DNA from: Zootoca vivipara
Lineage: Eukaryota
Reading direction: 5' to 3'
Length of the DNA: 64,000 bases
Assembly: GCF_963506605.1 (NCBI RefSeq)
Contig: NC_083285.1
Coordinates: 36,642,001-36,706,000 of the forward strand
Under the pieces are notes generated by a model that worked only from the letters and a program-made list of their open reading frames with translations, ran no database searches and had not been told where the DNA came from. Positions 47,047-59,818 of this stretch are shown here, piece after piece (the stretch's first letter is position 1; the number at the start of each line of letters is the position of its first letter). The position numbers were made by a program, and so were the translations under genes.

Positions 47047-48800
47047 ATATATCATCTACTCTGCCTCGCTTTTTTGTAAAGATATGAATACAGTTTTATG
47101 AAATCAAAAGCCCTGTGCAGTCAGCTGCAAAAAAGTATTGTGTAAGGTCATTCTGATAATAGCCAAGGTAATCTTTATGTGTAGAAATGGCATGGGATGA
47201 GGTAGCTTGAACTCAGGATTCCACAGTCAAAACTTTGCAGCAGAGTAATCTCTGCTGTTTCTCCTGAATGGCCAGTCTCTTAAACCTCATTGAGAAAAGT
47301 GCCTGTGTTGCAGTGAGGTTGAGATGCAAGCAGTGAGGTTGAGAGGAAAGGTTTGTCATTCTTCCGCATTGATGCCTTCTTTTGGCTCTTAAAACCCTAC
47401 TCCTTTATATTGGGGCAGTCCTGCATCTAAAAGTCAGGTCTACCAACCTATATCTCGTTTGGCTCTGCCACATTTGACTGGTTTTCTCTTTTGAGAACCA
47501 TTGGGAGCAATCTTCCTGTACAACCGACAACAAACTAATTCAAGCATTCTGTTAGTGGTGTGGCTGTCTTTGAAAAATCACTTCTGTACGAAGAATGGGA
47601 TTTGTGTGATTCATCACCAGTGATGTCATAGGCGTTACCTAACGCATGTCCCTGAGACTTGTGCAACCGCATTGCAAATAGCAATCTCGATCGATACAGT
47701 ACCTTGTGGGAGATTCACATTTCCCAGTAGCAAAATACTGTAGTTTGAGAGCTGAGGTGCAAGTGTCTTCTCGCCAAAAGGTCTAAGGTGAGAGCAAACA
47801 TCTGGATCCCATGCAGCAAATGACTTCCTAACTTTGCATTTATGGCACTCCAAACTTTTCAAAATTTCTGTAGGAGAACTTAGATACTGGGATATAAATT
47901 TCCAGATGAAAATAAACAACTGGCACAGAAGTTCTTGGTGGGGTGGCAGTTCTATAAGGAATGGGTTAACACTGATTTTAAGATGAACTTGAGGCTTCCT
48001 AAGATGCTGTCTCCTTGCAGCATTAATTGCAGCCTGCTCATTCAGTTAATAACTTGTACATTTTAGTTTATGGCTGAAAATCGGGACATTGTAGAACATA
48101 GTGGATATTTTACAACATAACACCAGAGTTTTGTTCATATTTACCCCCAAATGTTGACCTAGCAATGCTTTCTGATTCTGAATAACTTATGAAAACCTTC
48201 CGATTAGTTCTACTCATTTTTGCTCGGAAATAAGTGTTCTTGGGTTGCAGCCAAGTCTCATTTGGACTGTCCATGGAATAGACTTCTAAGCAGATGTGAT
48301 TAGGATCAGTTTGTAAGACAGCTAATCACATTGAACCAGAATTAATGGACTCTGCTTACTTGTATATACCTACAATGATCTCCCTTCAACGTATGGGGAC
48401 TGTACTACATTGAGTAATATAATTAAAATGGAACCTTATTTCAAATAAAGCTGAATTGAAAAAGCAAACCCTTCACTCTCTGTTACAAGGGCCCAGTGGA
48501 TCATTTTTATATTAGTGTAGTATACCAAGGTTTTTGTTAGTGTGACAGAAAACTTCTTTTTCATTTTAGATCCACTTACTGCCTATAATAGGCCTCCCTT
48601 GAATGAGACACTATATAAGCCTAGACTGCGGCCTTGCAGTTGTGGTTTCCATGCCTGATCATGGATAGCAGCAATTATAACTTCCTTCTACAATGTAGAA
48701 TTTTTTATTCTTATTTCCTTGATATGCAAGAAAGTTTGTGTGATCTAAAGATTGTGTTTTCAATGCCTTAGCTGTCAGATTTCAGATTGTATTAAATAAA
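47047..48800 (+). other. SOCS2: SOCS2 3' UTR (end uncertain)
   Basis: Repeat-poor AT-rich stretch after the stop. AATAAA at 48444-48449 and ATTAAATAAA at 48791-48800. Confidence 0.55.
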
Positions 48801-50208
48801 GTAAACATAATTGCAGAGGCTGCATGTCCTCAATGTGTTTGGGTTATTCGGAAAGTATATTGTACAGCGCTTAAAAAAACATTCATTGCCTTCTTCCTTC
48901 ATCTCCATTGAGAAATATGTAACAAAGAGAAATCTCATATCACATTTCGTACACGTTCATTCAAAAATTAGGTACCTAACATTGTGATTGGTGGTGTTTG
49001 TTTTAGTGTACTTTCTGTGCTCCACAATTTTTGTCTAATGTATTCCCACAACAACATTAAAGTTTAAAAGCACCCAATGTGTTATTGAATTCCCACAAGT
49101 GAAATACTACTACATATTAATACATGTAGTAGCATTCATAATTTGGCACCTATGAAGTTAAATAGAAGGGTGGTCAATCTTAAGACGGGTCTTGCTGGAT
49201 CAGACCAAAGATCTATGTACTCCAGCATATTATTTTCCCCCAGTGGCCTGTCGGCTGCCTTTGGGAAGTCCACAAGTAAGGAAATAGATTTTTCTCAGTG
49301 GTGACCTAACATCTGGTATTCAGTGGCGTTCTGATGCTGAACCTGAAGGCTCCACCCATCTATCATGCTTGATAGTGATTTGTAAACCTACACTCTTGTC
49401 TATTAGAGCTGTCTGAACTAGTGGTCAGCACCACAACTTACAGCTGAATTCCATGAATTCATTATGCATTCTGTGAAGAACGAATTGCTCTTGTCTGTCC
49501 TGTCAGTCTGCTTGTTAGCCTGCACTTTGAACGTTGGTTTTATGAACGAAGGGGGAAGTATTTCTATCTGCTTTCTCTACACTAGGCATATTAGCTGCAT
49601 ACGACATTGTCTTGTAAAATCCTATGCAAGTTTACTCAGAAGTTCAATGGTACCCAACATCGCTTTAGGACTGAAGTTGGGGGCTCCTTGTATCTGTATT
49701 CTGCTTTCCCCCCTTTCTAGCTGAAGTTTGAATACCGTATGTCATGACGAGAAGAAGCAACAAAAACTCCGATCTCCTGAAGATTTCTCAGCCCTGCAAC
49801 AGATAGTAAGACAAACTTTATTTTTTTAATTTTTTTACCCCAGCCCTCCAAAGCTTTAGTTTATCTGCAAGAGTTAGAGTAAGACCACACATTGAGTACA
49901 CAAGCAGTCTTGGTCTTCCTTGGCTATGTATTTGTGGGGATAAATGTAGGTGATCCACAGAGATAATGAACAAGGGTGGCAGCAGTTTATGTGATTTGGC
50001 CAAATCTGTGCTCACTTGGTTCATACATTCCTTTGTTTTGGGCAGCTTTGTCAAGCAGAACCTTCTGTCTCTTGAATCAAGTAATGAGGGACTTGCAATG
50101 TCCTCAGGAACAAATTGCATGTTAACATGGTGCTCTGCCACCTCAAGGGACTAATGTGCTTCCTCCAACCCAGCTGCTATCTGAAATATATCCCTGTATC
50201 CACTACAT

Positions 50209-50344
50209 CAGGCATCCCCAAACTTCGACCCTCCAGATGTTTTGAACTACAATTCCCATCTTCCCCGACTACTGGTCCTGTTAGCTAGGGATCATGGGAG
50301 TTGTAGGCCAAAACATCTGGAGGGCTGCAGTTTGGGGATGCCTG
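50209..50344. mobile_element. Palindromic hAT-type MITE, same family as 35111-35246
   Basis: Near-identical sequence. 8-bp TSD CACTACAT. Confidence 0.9.
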
Positions 50345-53300
50345 CACTACATGGTTCAAAAGGACTGGGGGGGGACTCACTTCTCACTGGGTGCTGAATA
50401 TACAGCAGAGCAGGACGTTTTGTGTCTATTCTGGCTGAAGCCAAGGAAAGTGTAAAGGTCCTGGCTCTTGATGGGGGGCATTAATGGAGCTGGCAAATGT
50501 TAAAGCCTGATGATTGATGGTGCCGACACAAATACATGCATAGAGAATGCCAGTACCATTTGTTAGTGCAAGAAGTTGAGGAGAAGCGGAAGGACCATGC
50601 TACGATTCACAACAAAACATCTGTCTCACTTCCCTGTTCCTTCTCACAAACTGGGATAGGAGGTCTTCCATTCTTTTAGTATTGGTAACTCCAAACCATA
50701 TCTACGTATTTTTGTTGTTGTTGCTGGTTCAGTTTAGCAAAGGGAAGAAACTAGCTTTCACCTTGGCCATAAGAGGTATAAGAGACTAGGCAAGTTAGAT
50801 ATGTTTCTAATGAACAAATTCAGAGACTCACATTTCACATTTTTTGTCTCCAAACTGGAATGCTGCTCAATAGCCAACTGAAAACCAACTTAGCCCTAAC
50901 AGATTAAATTTGATGGTACAAGTTTATTTGGTTTTGTTTTCTTAAAAGAAGGGCAGCAACAAATTTTGACTCATGTACGGTAATAAGTCCTGCATACTTC
51001 CTTATTTTATAAAATTAAATGCTTTACCATTTCTTAAACCAGTGATGGGGAAGCTGATGCCCAGGGAGCAAATGTGCCACTGCAGGCCTCTTATGTCTGG
51101 ACCTCAAGGCCACCGCTGTCCCTGGCCCAATTTGCATCAAGTGTTTTTGCCTGGGTGGAATGTGTCCTTAAGTTCCGATAATGCCTTTTGCTTGACTGTG
51201 TGGAAGGTAGAGAGAGGTGTGTGAAAGCATATTGTTGCACCACCCCAATCTCCGAGCGGTGTAAGATTCTAGGGATTCCAGGCACTTACGCTGGGTTTCA
51301 TGTTTCCTTTTGGAAATGAAGCACAGCGGGGACTGTGGTGTCCTTAGGATAGATGACTTATTTACACATATATACATCCTGAGCCTACAATGAAGGGGTT
51401 CACAGCATCAACACCCCAAAGAGGTCTTGCTTCTCCCAAAGCCACAGCCGTGGATTCAAACAGAAATAAACCATTGTGCTCTGACCCTCTCTCCAGCTTT
51501 ATGCCGTTAACCGCCTTGCTGAATCCAGGGATTCGATGTCTGGCTTGATTAAATTCTAGCACTTACTGGGTCCAGGAATTTAGGGGAATCTGGCACCCCA
51601 AAACTCATAACTATATATAGAAAGTAGCCTGCTGTACAAAGATAAAATTGACATTTTTTTTTGCTCCATTCACTTTTGACTCTATCTGGGCATGTGCTCC
51701 CAGATGGTTGTCCAGAAAGTAATGCAGCCGTCAGGCTGAAAAAAGATTCCACATTCCAGTCTTAAATTAACCATGCAATTTATTTATTTATTTGATGTGT
51801 CGAACCTCTTGCTATTTTTAGTGGAATTTGAAGACATTGGCGTTCATTCTCTAGCATTAGTCATCCGTGTTCGAAAGATAACAGTATTTTGAGAATACGT
51901 TATTACTTTGTCTCCGGTTTTGGCTGGCAAATCCTGTGCTCCAATCCCAAATATGCAATATACAATTGTAGAATTTATTCCAACACAATGTGTTTGGAAT
52001 CAAAGTTTATTTTCCCAAGGTCATAAGACTTATCCAATAGATATCCTATTTTGTTACCTGCTAGATAAAAACAGCACTGATCAGCTTGTTCATGTACATA
52101 TATTGAGTGGTACTTAAAGCATGTTTAAGGAACTTTTTAAAAAATGGATAATTATTTCAACATGTATACACTTTTTGTGTACGATTTTGTTTATCACCAT
52201 TTAAAAATTTTTCTTTATAATCCTAAATGCTTTACCATTTCTTAAACCAGTAAGTAAAACTACCACATCATACACACTGATCTGAAGCTTAGGGATTCAT
52301 TGAGTCCTAATTTGCTTAGGAAGTTAATGGCTAAATCAGAATTTGATGTGATGTTTAATTTCGTTCCTTTCCCCACAGTTTATGAAAATCCTGTATTGTC
52401 AGTTGGTCACCCCATTTCTGAACAGCTGTGGTGAACATTATATACCAGTATTGTACTTCCTTCTTGGCAGGCTATCAAGTTCTGGGTCATTCAGATGTTA
52501 TGAAGAAGTGCAATGTATTTAGTTTGGAATCAAAGCTGTTTGTGCTGACATCTACCTACCCTGTTCACAATATTCACCCATGCCTGGTCAAATGAGAACA
52601 TGGTAGCTAAAAACCTCAGGGGACTCAGCTCCCAATCAAGTTTTTTTGGAAACAATAAATGGATTTCCATGAGGAGACTTGGGAGCCATTATTTAACTCA
52701 CCAGATCCTTTGTTTCCCAGTAACTACTACATATTTGTTTTAAATCATGTTTCAGCATACAACGTGAGAGTTTTTAAGAATGATAGGTGGCCAACAAACA
52801 TTGAGTCCTTAAACAGGGCTTGGCGTGAAAGGCAAATCTCCAGGTTTAAATGAGGTGGCTTGGCACCAAACGGTGTTGAAGAAAACAGTGTGACTCGATC
52901 CACACCAACACATCCAACACACATGACTCCTCCTCAAAGAAGCCTGGGGAAACTGCAGTTCTGTGAGTGGGAAACAACAGTTCCCATGATTCTTTGGGGG
53001 AAATCACATGCTCTGAACACACTTTAAATGTATTGTGTGGATCTGCTATTTGATGATACAAAATTAGGAATTCTATAGCATGAAAACATTTTTGATCATT
53101 TCTGCAGTGTTCAAAATGCGTGGGTTTAAGAGGTTGCAACCTCTGCAAACAAGAACAATCACAGGCACCACACACCATCAATAATTAGGCTTGAAATAAG
53201 TGGCTTTGTGGTGTGTGTTTTTAGAAGAGAGCAAAACATATGCAGAAAGGTGGACATATTTAGTGATCTACGTACAATGGAAAGACCGTGGTTTTGTTTC

Positions 53301-54568
53301 AAGTCTTGGTACAGTTCCTAGATAGCCTAGTTCAAGCTGAGCAAGTAAGCATGATCAGGTAGAGCAAGTAACACTGTACCTGCTATGACTCACATGCAGG
53401 CAACATTTGACATTTTTGATACTTGGTACATTAAGCTCGGAAGCAAACACTGACATCCATTATGAAAAGAAATTGCATTTAATAGCGTTCAACGTACTGT
53501 GAGTCACAGATCTGTCATTTATTAGATACAATTCCAAATACTGTAGAAGGATGAAGTAAATGGTGAGGGAGAGATGTTAATCATTTTTGGGACCTATTTT
53601 TGAGAACCAGAAACTGGCAAGTTAGAGATTGCTGGTATGGTGATGCACATGGTATGTAAACTGGACAGATTCTGGTTCATCCCCATTGTTTTCAGTGACC
53701 ACTTCAGGTCCTTCCATTGCCTTCAGTGTGCATTTAATATTAATTGTCATTGGGACCACTGTGTTCAGTTGACTAAGTGGTTAGATGAGTCAGTTTTGAC
53801 TGATTAAAAAGGTATTCCCAATGAAAACAATTTTTTTTAAAGATATAAATGCTTACCAAAACCACACCATCCTCAAATAGGCAATTTCCCTTTCCCTTAC
53901 TGGAGATGGTGAAAGGTTAGATGATATTTGCAGCAGGAGCTTCATAATAACTTCTTTTTTAAAGAGCTTGAAAGCAAGGCTAGAAGGGTAGAGAACGGCT
54001 AAATTGCATGCCTAATTAGGTCCGCCAGGCCTCCCCATTTTGGCCAAGCCATGCCCCACAGCCCTAAACCTGACATTGTTTATGACACCAGGTGTAGAGT
54101 AAGTAGAAAGCTGGTAGAAGCCAAGAAAGCATTTATGCCTGCAAAGCATAGTGCCCAGAGTTTTGAAAGGCCCTACAATCAGATCACACCTCAAGCCAGG
54201 GACAGGATAAGGTCCCAGCAGCCCTCTTCAGCATGGGCAATGGAAAGGGGAGGTGGAGTCAGTGTAATACAGAGGGACACATGTTTCCCATTCCTACCCT
54301 ATACAGTGGTTCGCCTGTCTTCCCAAGTGATGTGTACGGTAAGATTTTTCAGAGACACCGTTGATGGAATCTTTCGAGAAGTTGGAGATGGTGTTTGTAG
54401 GTGGTCCATGCTTCACAAGCATACAGCAAGGTTGGTAGTACAACAGCTTTGTAAACAAGCATTTTGGTTTCCCTGCGAATGTCCCAGTTCTCAAACACTC
54501 ATTGTTAAAACCGTGTTTATGGAAGACAATCTTACTCGGCTACGAGTTATCGCCAAAGAATAATAATA

Positions 54569-55059
54569 CAGTGGTACATTGACTCCTGGAACAGTTCAAA
54601 AACCAAGGCGCAGCTTCCAATTGGCTGCAGGAGCTTCCTGCACTCAATTGGAAGCTGCGTCAGATGTTCGGCTTCCAAAAAACATTCGCAATCTGGAACG
54701 CTCACTTCCGGGTTTGTGGTGTCCGGGAGCTGATTTATTTGGGACAGTGGTGAAGCTGCATGCTCTGCTACCAGGGGCAGAGAACAGGCAGGGGCATGAC
54801 TGGCACATCAGGGGTGCGTGGTGCGCTTCCGGGGGCGTGGTACGCCGCCCGTGAGGGTGTGACATGCGTTCTGGGGGTGTGATGCGCTGCCTGTGGGGGC
54901 GTGGTGCCCAGCGCACGGGAGGGTGCATGGCACATGTCTGGGGGGGACGCCACAATGGCACCCTACCGGAATAGTGGTGCCAGGGGCGGTCCGTTCCCTC
55001 CGCACTTCTGTTCGCCAGTGGTTCGGGAGCCAAGTCATTTGACAACCAAGGCACCACTG
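54569..55059. mobile_element. Tigger-like MITE containing a nested GC-rich element (54745-55020)
   Basis: Outer ends CAGTGGTAC / GCACCACTG. Inner ends CAGTGGTGAA / TTCGCCAGTG with degenerate 8-bp TSD ATTTGGGA / GTTCGGGA. Confidence 0.7.
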
Positions 55060-55979
55060 CACATGCTTTCTTCTGGAATATTATTATTATTATTTCTCCA
55101 CCCATCTGGCTGGATTGCCCCAGCCACTCTGGACGGCTTCCAACACATCTAAAAACATAATAATGGAAATAAGTACATTTACTACTACTCCCAGTCTTTT
55201 GAACAAGTATCCATACTGTGTTGTTGATTGTGACATTGCATTCCACCAATATAATCCTAAGAAGTTGACAGAATTGCCGAGACTTGTTTGTTCCAAGCCT
55301 GCATCTGACAATACCAGGTGGATTATGAGGATGCCTTCCCTCCAAACACAACGAGGCAATAACATCACTACATCACAGCCTATGCTATTTTCAGCCTCAA
55401 TTTCAGCTCCAGACCACAATACTAGGAGTAAGCCAAGTACAGAGTAGCTGCAAGCCACTTTCTTTGGGCCTCCCACCCCACCCCCCGCAGAGTGGTGATA
55501 AAACCACTGGACCACATTGCAGGAGTGTTGCAAAACCACAAAGGTTGCGTTCCACCAGCTAATGTTGAGAAACTGACAGCTGGGACTACTAGTCTCAGTC
55601 CATATCTGATCTGTGGAGATTCATGCTCCAGGGTGGGTTTCTTTCACTTACAAACATGGAGTGTGTTGATAATAACAACACGACTGTGTGCTCAGCCTTA
55701 GACGCACTTCCACCTCAAACGTGCCATATGAACAGCGGGCTGAGCAAGCTTGGAATCTTTCTGCAAATCTTGTGTTTGTGTGTTTTTAAACAAAACCACT
55801 GAAATGACTCTCCACTGCACGCCACCCTCACACGAAATAAAAACCCAGTTTGAAGAACCGCGAACTCCTGCCTGCGCTTCCACCTTCTTCTTCACCTCAG
55901 CGGGGCGAGGACAGGGAGAGAACACGCTGCTGCTCACTCACAGTTTATGCAAAAAGCCTTGACATATGAACCATTATTT

Positions 55980-56199
55980 CCTACTGGAAACTGTCACGTT
56001 TAGGGAAATGGCGTCAAAAGTAACCAGGAACTTCCGTCTCCAGACGATGCATTTTATCCTCCGTTTTATGTTTTGCCCTTAAGAAACATGGGCGGACAAC
56101 ACTTCCTGTTTGGATATTTTGCTCTCAAGAAAGTTAGTGCTTGGAGAGCGAGCTGGGAATGCCTGAGCTTGATGAACAATAATCCCTGCGCTTAAATTT
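55980..56199 (+). promoter_or_regulatory. CRADD: Probable CRADD promoter / non-coding exon 1
   Basis: Local CpG enrichment, YY1-like AAATGGCG, ETS-like ACTTCCG/ACTTCCT sites, and a GTAAGT donor at 56200, 2 kb before the ATG exon. Confidence 0.55.
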
Positions 56200-56867
56200 G
56201 TAAGTATTTTCACCGAAAACATCCATCGCTTCCTCTCTCAGGTGGTCCGACTATACAATTTCTCTCGGTTTTTTTCTGCAAAGCTTCTCCTGCGAGATTC
56301 TGCCCTCTTTCGTTTCTCTGCTGTCTTTATTCTTTCAAACGCTTCCGGACATTTTTTCGCTTTTTTGTTTTGTTTTTTCGGAGGGGCTTAATTAAAAACC
56401 CGTTATAGAAATGTAGGTATGGCTCCCCACTGTGCATAGATCTTTATTTTTGGTTCTACAATTTGTGATGCAGTTGTGGTGTATCTATTTTGTATCTAGA
56501 AAATATAGAGAATCCTGAAACCTTAAGAGCAATGAACAATCTATTGTCGCCTGCCCTGCTCTTCTTTAGCTAAAGGGGGTATAATAAGGATTGCTGCCTC
56601 AAAGAGCTTTACTACAACGATTCTGCTACAGTCTGGCAGGTATCTAAGAGAAAAAAAACATATTCTTTCTTTCTAGATTGGGCCCCAGGGCATGGTGTGA
56701 ATGTACTTGGCGGAAATTAAGGAAATCAAGGTTTGCAGGTTCCTGTCAGGGAACCCCATACATAATTTCTTAACAGTAAGAAATGTAGGATATAAACAGA
56801 AGATGAGACACCTGTAATATTTCCCAGGTCTTTTATACTATTTTCTCCGTTTTAATGTTGCTGCTGT

Positions 56868-57256
56868 CATGGGCGTACCCAGGATCAAAACTAGGGGGGG
56901 GGGCAAGGGGAGGGGCCAAGGCACGGAAGGGGAGGGGCCACAAAGTGGGCGGGAACAGCGAACTCGCGCTCCGCCGGGCTGTGCCCCTCCCTAGAAGCAG
57001 GGCTGGTGGGCGGAGGCGGAGCCCAGCCCAGCGGAGCGCGAGTTCAGCGTTCCCGCCCGCCGCGCCGCGCTCCCTGGTTCCCCGCCGCGCTTGGCCTTGC
57101 CTGAGGGCGCGCCGGGGAGCTGGAGGGAGGGTGCGGCGCGGTGCGGCGGGAATGGCGAACTCGCGCTCCGCCGGGCTGTGCTCCGCCTCTGCCCACCAGC
57201 CCTGCTTCTAGAGTAGGGCAGCTGCCCTAACTTGCCGAATGGTGGGTACGCCCTTG
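56868..57256. mobile_element. CpG-rich hAT-type non-autonomous element in CRADD intron 1
   Basis: TIR CATGGGCGTACCCA / TGGGTACGCCCTTG. 8-bp TSD GCTGCTGT (56860-56867, 57257-57264). Confidence 0.85.
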
Positions 57257-58193
57257 GCTGCTGTGTCTTCCTGGATTGCAGTTTTGAACAGGTTTTTTAA
57301 AATATTGTTTACATACTGGTTGATTAGTTAGCTGTTGTTTGAAAGCTGCCCTGGGAGATGTTGATTCAAATGCTTTTCTCTTACCTCTTCGGTCCCAAAC
57401 TGGACATACCACCAAGGCTGCTAACGCCATACAAAGCAGCAGTATATATGCTAATATAAGTAAAGCATAACAAAAAAATGATAATATAAGTGAAAGCAGG
57501 GATAAAAATCAGCTCTGTTGACCAGAAACATGTTAAAGTAGGACAGTTTTCATAATGTGTCAAAGCATCATTGCTGATGCAGCTGACCTATAGCAGAGAA
57601 TTCCAAAGTTTTGGTGCCACAGTGGAAAAGGCCCTGGCCTGTGTACCCAACCAACTGAGCCTTTGCTACTGACAGGATATGTAGCAAGCATTTGCTGAAG
57701 ATTTTGGGTGACAGAATCAAATGGGGAGAATGTCTGATTGTCTGCTTTGTATAAGATGCCTTGATAACGTAAATCAACAAAAGATGCAGCCTTTCATCAA
57801 TTTGATGCTCACATACTTCCAAAACACTTTGTGCTCTTCATTTACTGAAACCGATCCAGCTAAAGTACTTTCAGGCTTTTAAAAAATAGGTTCCGACCCT
57901 GTCTGGGCATAAAAGGCGCATTTGGAAATCAAAGGACCTGTGGTGGAGTCCACGAAATAAAAACTTGCAATGCTCAGAAGGCATCCCCCCCCCAAATAAA
58001 ACCCCTACATAATCCCTGTAAGTATAACACAGGCAAATGATAGTAATAATCTAGCACACAAAAACCTGCCCCTACCTTGGAAATCATTTCTGAAAAAAAG
58101 AAAAATTTGGACAAATAACATTGGTGGGTGCTGCAGTCCCCACAGGTGCAACATATATAGCATTTAAGTTCTCTCTGTTTATTTTCCTTCAGG

Positions 58194-58491
58194 ATGGACG
58201 CCAGGGACAAGCAGGTTCTGCGCTCGTTGCGCCTGGAGCTTTGTGCGGAACTGCTGGTGGAGGGCCTTGTCATTCAGTACCTTTACCAAGAAGGCATTCT
58301 GACAGAAAGCCAGTTGCAAGAAATAAGGTCCCAAGTCACCAACCACAGGAAAACCATGATGCTCCTTGACATCTTACCTACAAGAGGGCCCAAGGCTTTT
58401 GAGACTTTTCTAGATTCCTTACAGGAGTTTCCATGGGTGAGAGACAAGCTTGAGGCAAAGCGCAATGAAGTTATGCTAATGGCACTTGATG
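58194..58491 (+). CDS. CRADD: CRADD/RAIDD first coding exon (CARD domain); death-domain exon outside window
   Basis: [16 protein letters not shown]...[16 protein letters not shown]...[27 protein letters not shown]. Acceptor ttccttcag|G ATG, donor G|GTAAGT, 298 coding nt. Confidence 0.97.
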
Positions 58492-58797
58492 GTAAGTTTT
58501 CAAAACTATTATTGGGTCCATTCTTCCTTTGATCGAAGAGCTGCAACGGTAGAATTTACAGTTGGAAGGACTGGACAGGGCTCCTGAAACTCTAATAGAT
58601 GTGCAGAAGAGGGACTTTCAGTAAGTGCAGCTTGCCACGCAAAGAGCACAGGAAGGAGCTCTGCCTTGTCTTTCCATTTGGCACTGTAATCCTACATGTC
58701 TCTACTTGGAAGTAAATCCGCTTGAGTTCAACAGGACTTGCTCCCAGATAAATGCATATAGGACTGCAACCTTAGTCTGTTAGCTGGTTATTTTCTA

Positions 58798-59035
58798 CCG
58801 TGTTTCTCATATTATAAGACACGTCTTATATTTATTTTTTCCTCAAAAAAACACACACTATGTCTTATTTTCAAGGGATGTCTTATTTTTTTCCCTCTTC
58901 CTCCTGCCGCAGCCAGCATTGCTGCTGCGCCTATCACTATGTCTTATTTTCGGGGTATGGCTTATATTCCTTGAATACTTAAAAATCCTGCTATGGCTTA
59001 TTTTATGGGTATGTCTTAAAATATGAGAAACAGGG
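58798..59035. mobile_element. Tc1/mariner-type MITE, copy 2
   Basis: Same TIRs, TA TSD and internal sequence as 37622-37855. Confidence 0.9.
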
Positions 59036-59818
59036 TACATTGTTGTTATGTTGTCTGCCGCCACTTGCCATCTTCTAATTTTTAAAAACCTAATTGAACT
59101 TTTTATTGTGTTGCAGTGTGTTTTTGCTTTTCTGACTTATTTTTTTTGTGAGCTACAGTTGAAAGACTGGACAAGAAGTCATGTTATAAAAATAAATATT
59201 CAGCTATGTGAGCCTGCACTAGCTCTTCATCACCTTGGTGAGATCTAGGCTGTAGTCAGCCTAAGTAATTCATTTGCGATGTGGAGTTAGCTGTTGCAAA
59301 ATGTGATACAAAGTCTAGAGTTTTGAGTAGTCAGCTTGCTTCAAAACAGATGTCCAGACTGGTTTGTGTGTATAAAATCCATTATCTATTTAAAGGGTTC
59401 GTTTTTACCTTATAGGAAATTCTATGTGATGTACTAAATCTCTGCCCACGACGTTTCCTGCGCAATTCCGGGGTCGCCGGGATCGGTCTTCTTCCCGCGG
59501 CTTCCCTGCTTCCCCCTTCTGTTCCCAAGCGGCGCCTTGGCTCAGCTACCTTGCCCGAGCCCTGGCTCCTACTTCCTGATTCCTCGCTAGAGACATCCCC
59601 CTCTCCGCTCCCACTTGCACTTGGGGAAGAGCTTGTGGATAAAATGGGAGGCGGCTGTCTATAACTTCTGTCCCTCACACCACCTTTCCTCCAAGGAACT
59701 CAAAATGGTCCTGCTCCATCCCATTTTATACTCACAACAACCCCATGAGATAGAGACAGGGATTGGCCCTGTGAACTTCATGGCTGAGTGGGGATTTGAA
59801 CCTTGGTCTTAGTCTAGC

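Noticed and set aside
35924-47344. Short tandem duplications (35924-35968, ~41362-41390, 47310-47344)
   Set aside because: Ordinary 13-16 bp slippage duplications with no further structure.
54051-55351. 170-aa and 235-aa ORFs between SOCS2 and CRADD
   Set aside because: No recognisable domain. The longer one runs through nested MITEs and simple repeats.
56868-57256. GC-rich block as the ancestral CRADD promoter
   Set aside because: Bounded by TIRs and an 8-bp TSD, so it is a transposon. A better exon-1 candidate lies at ~56.0-56.2 kb.
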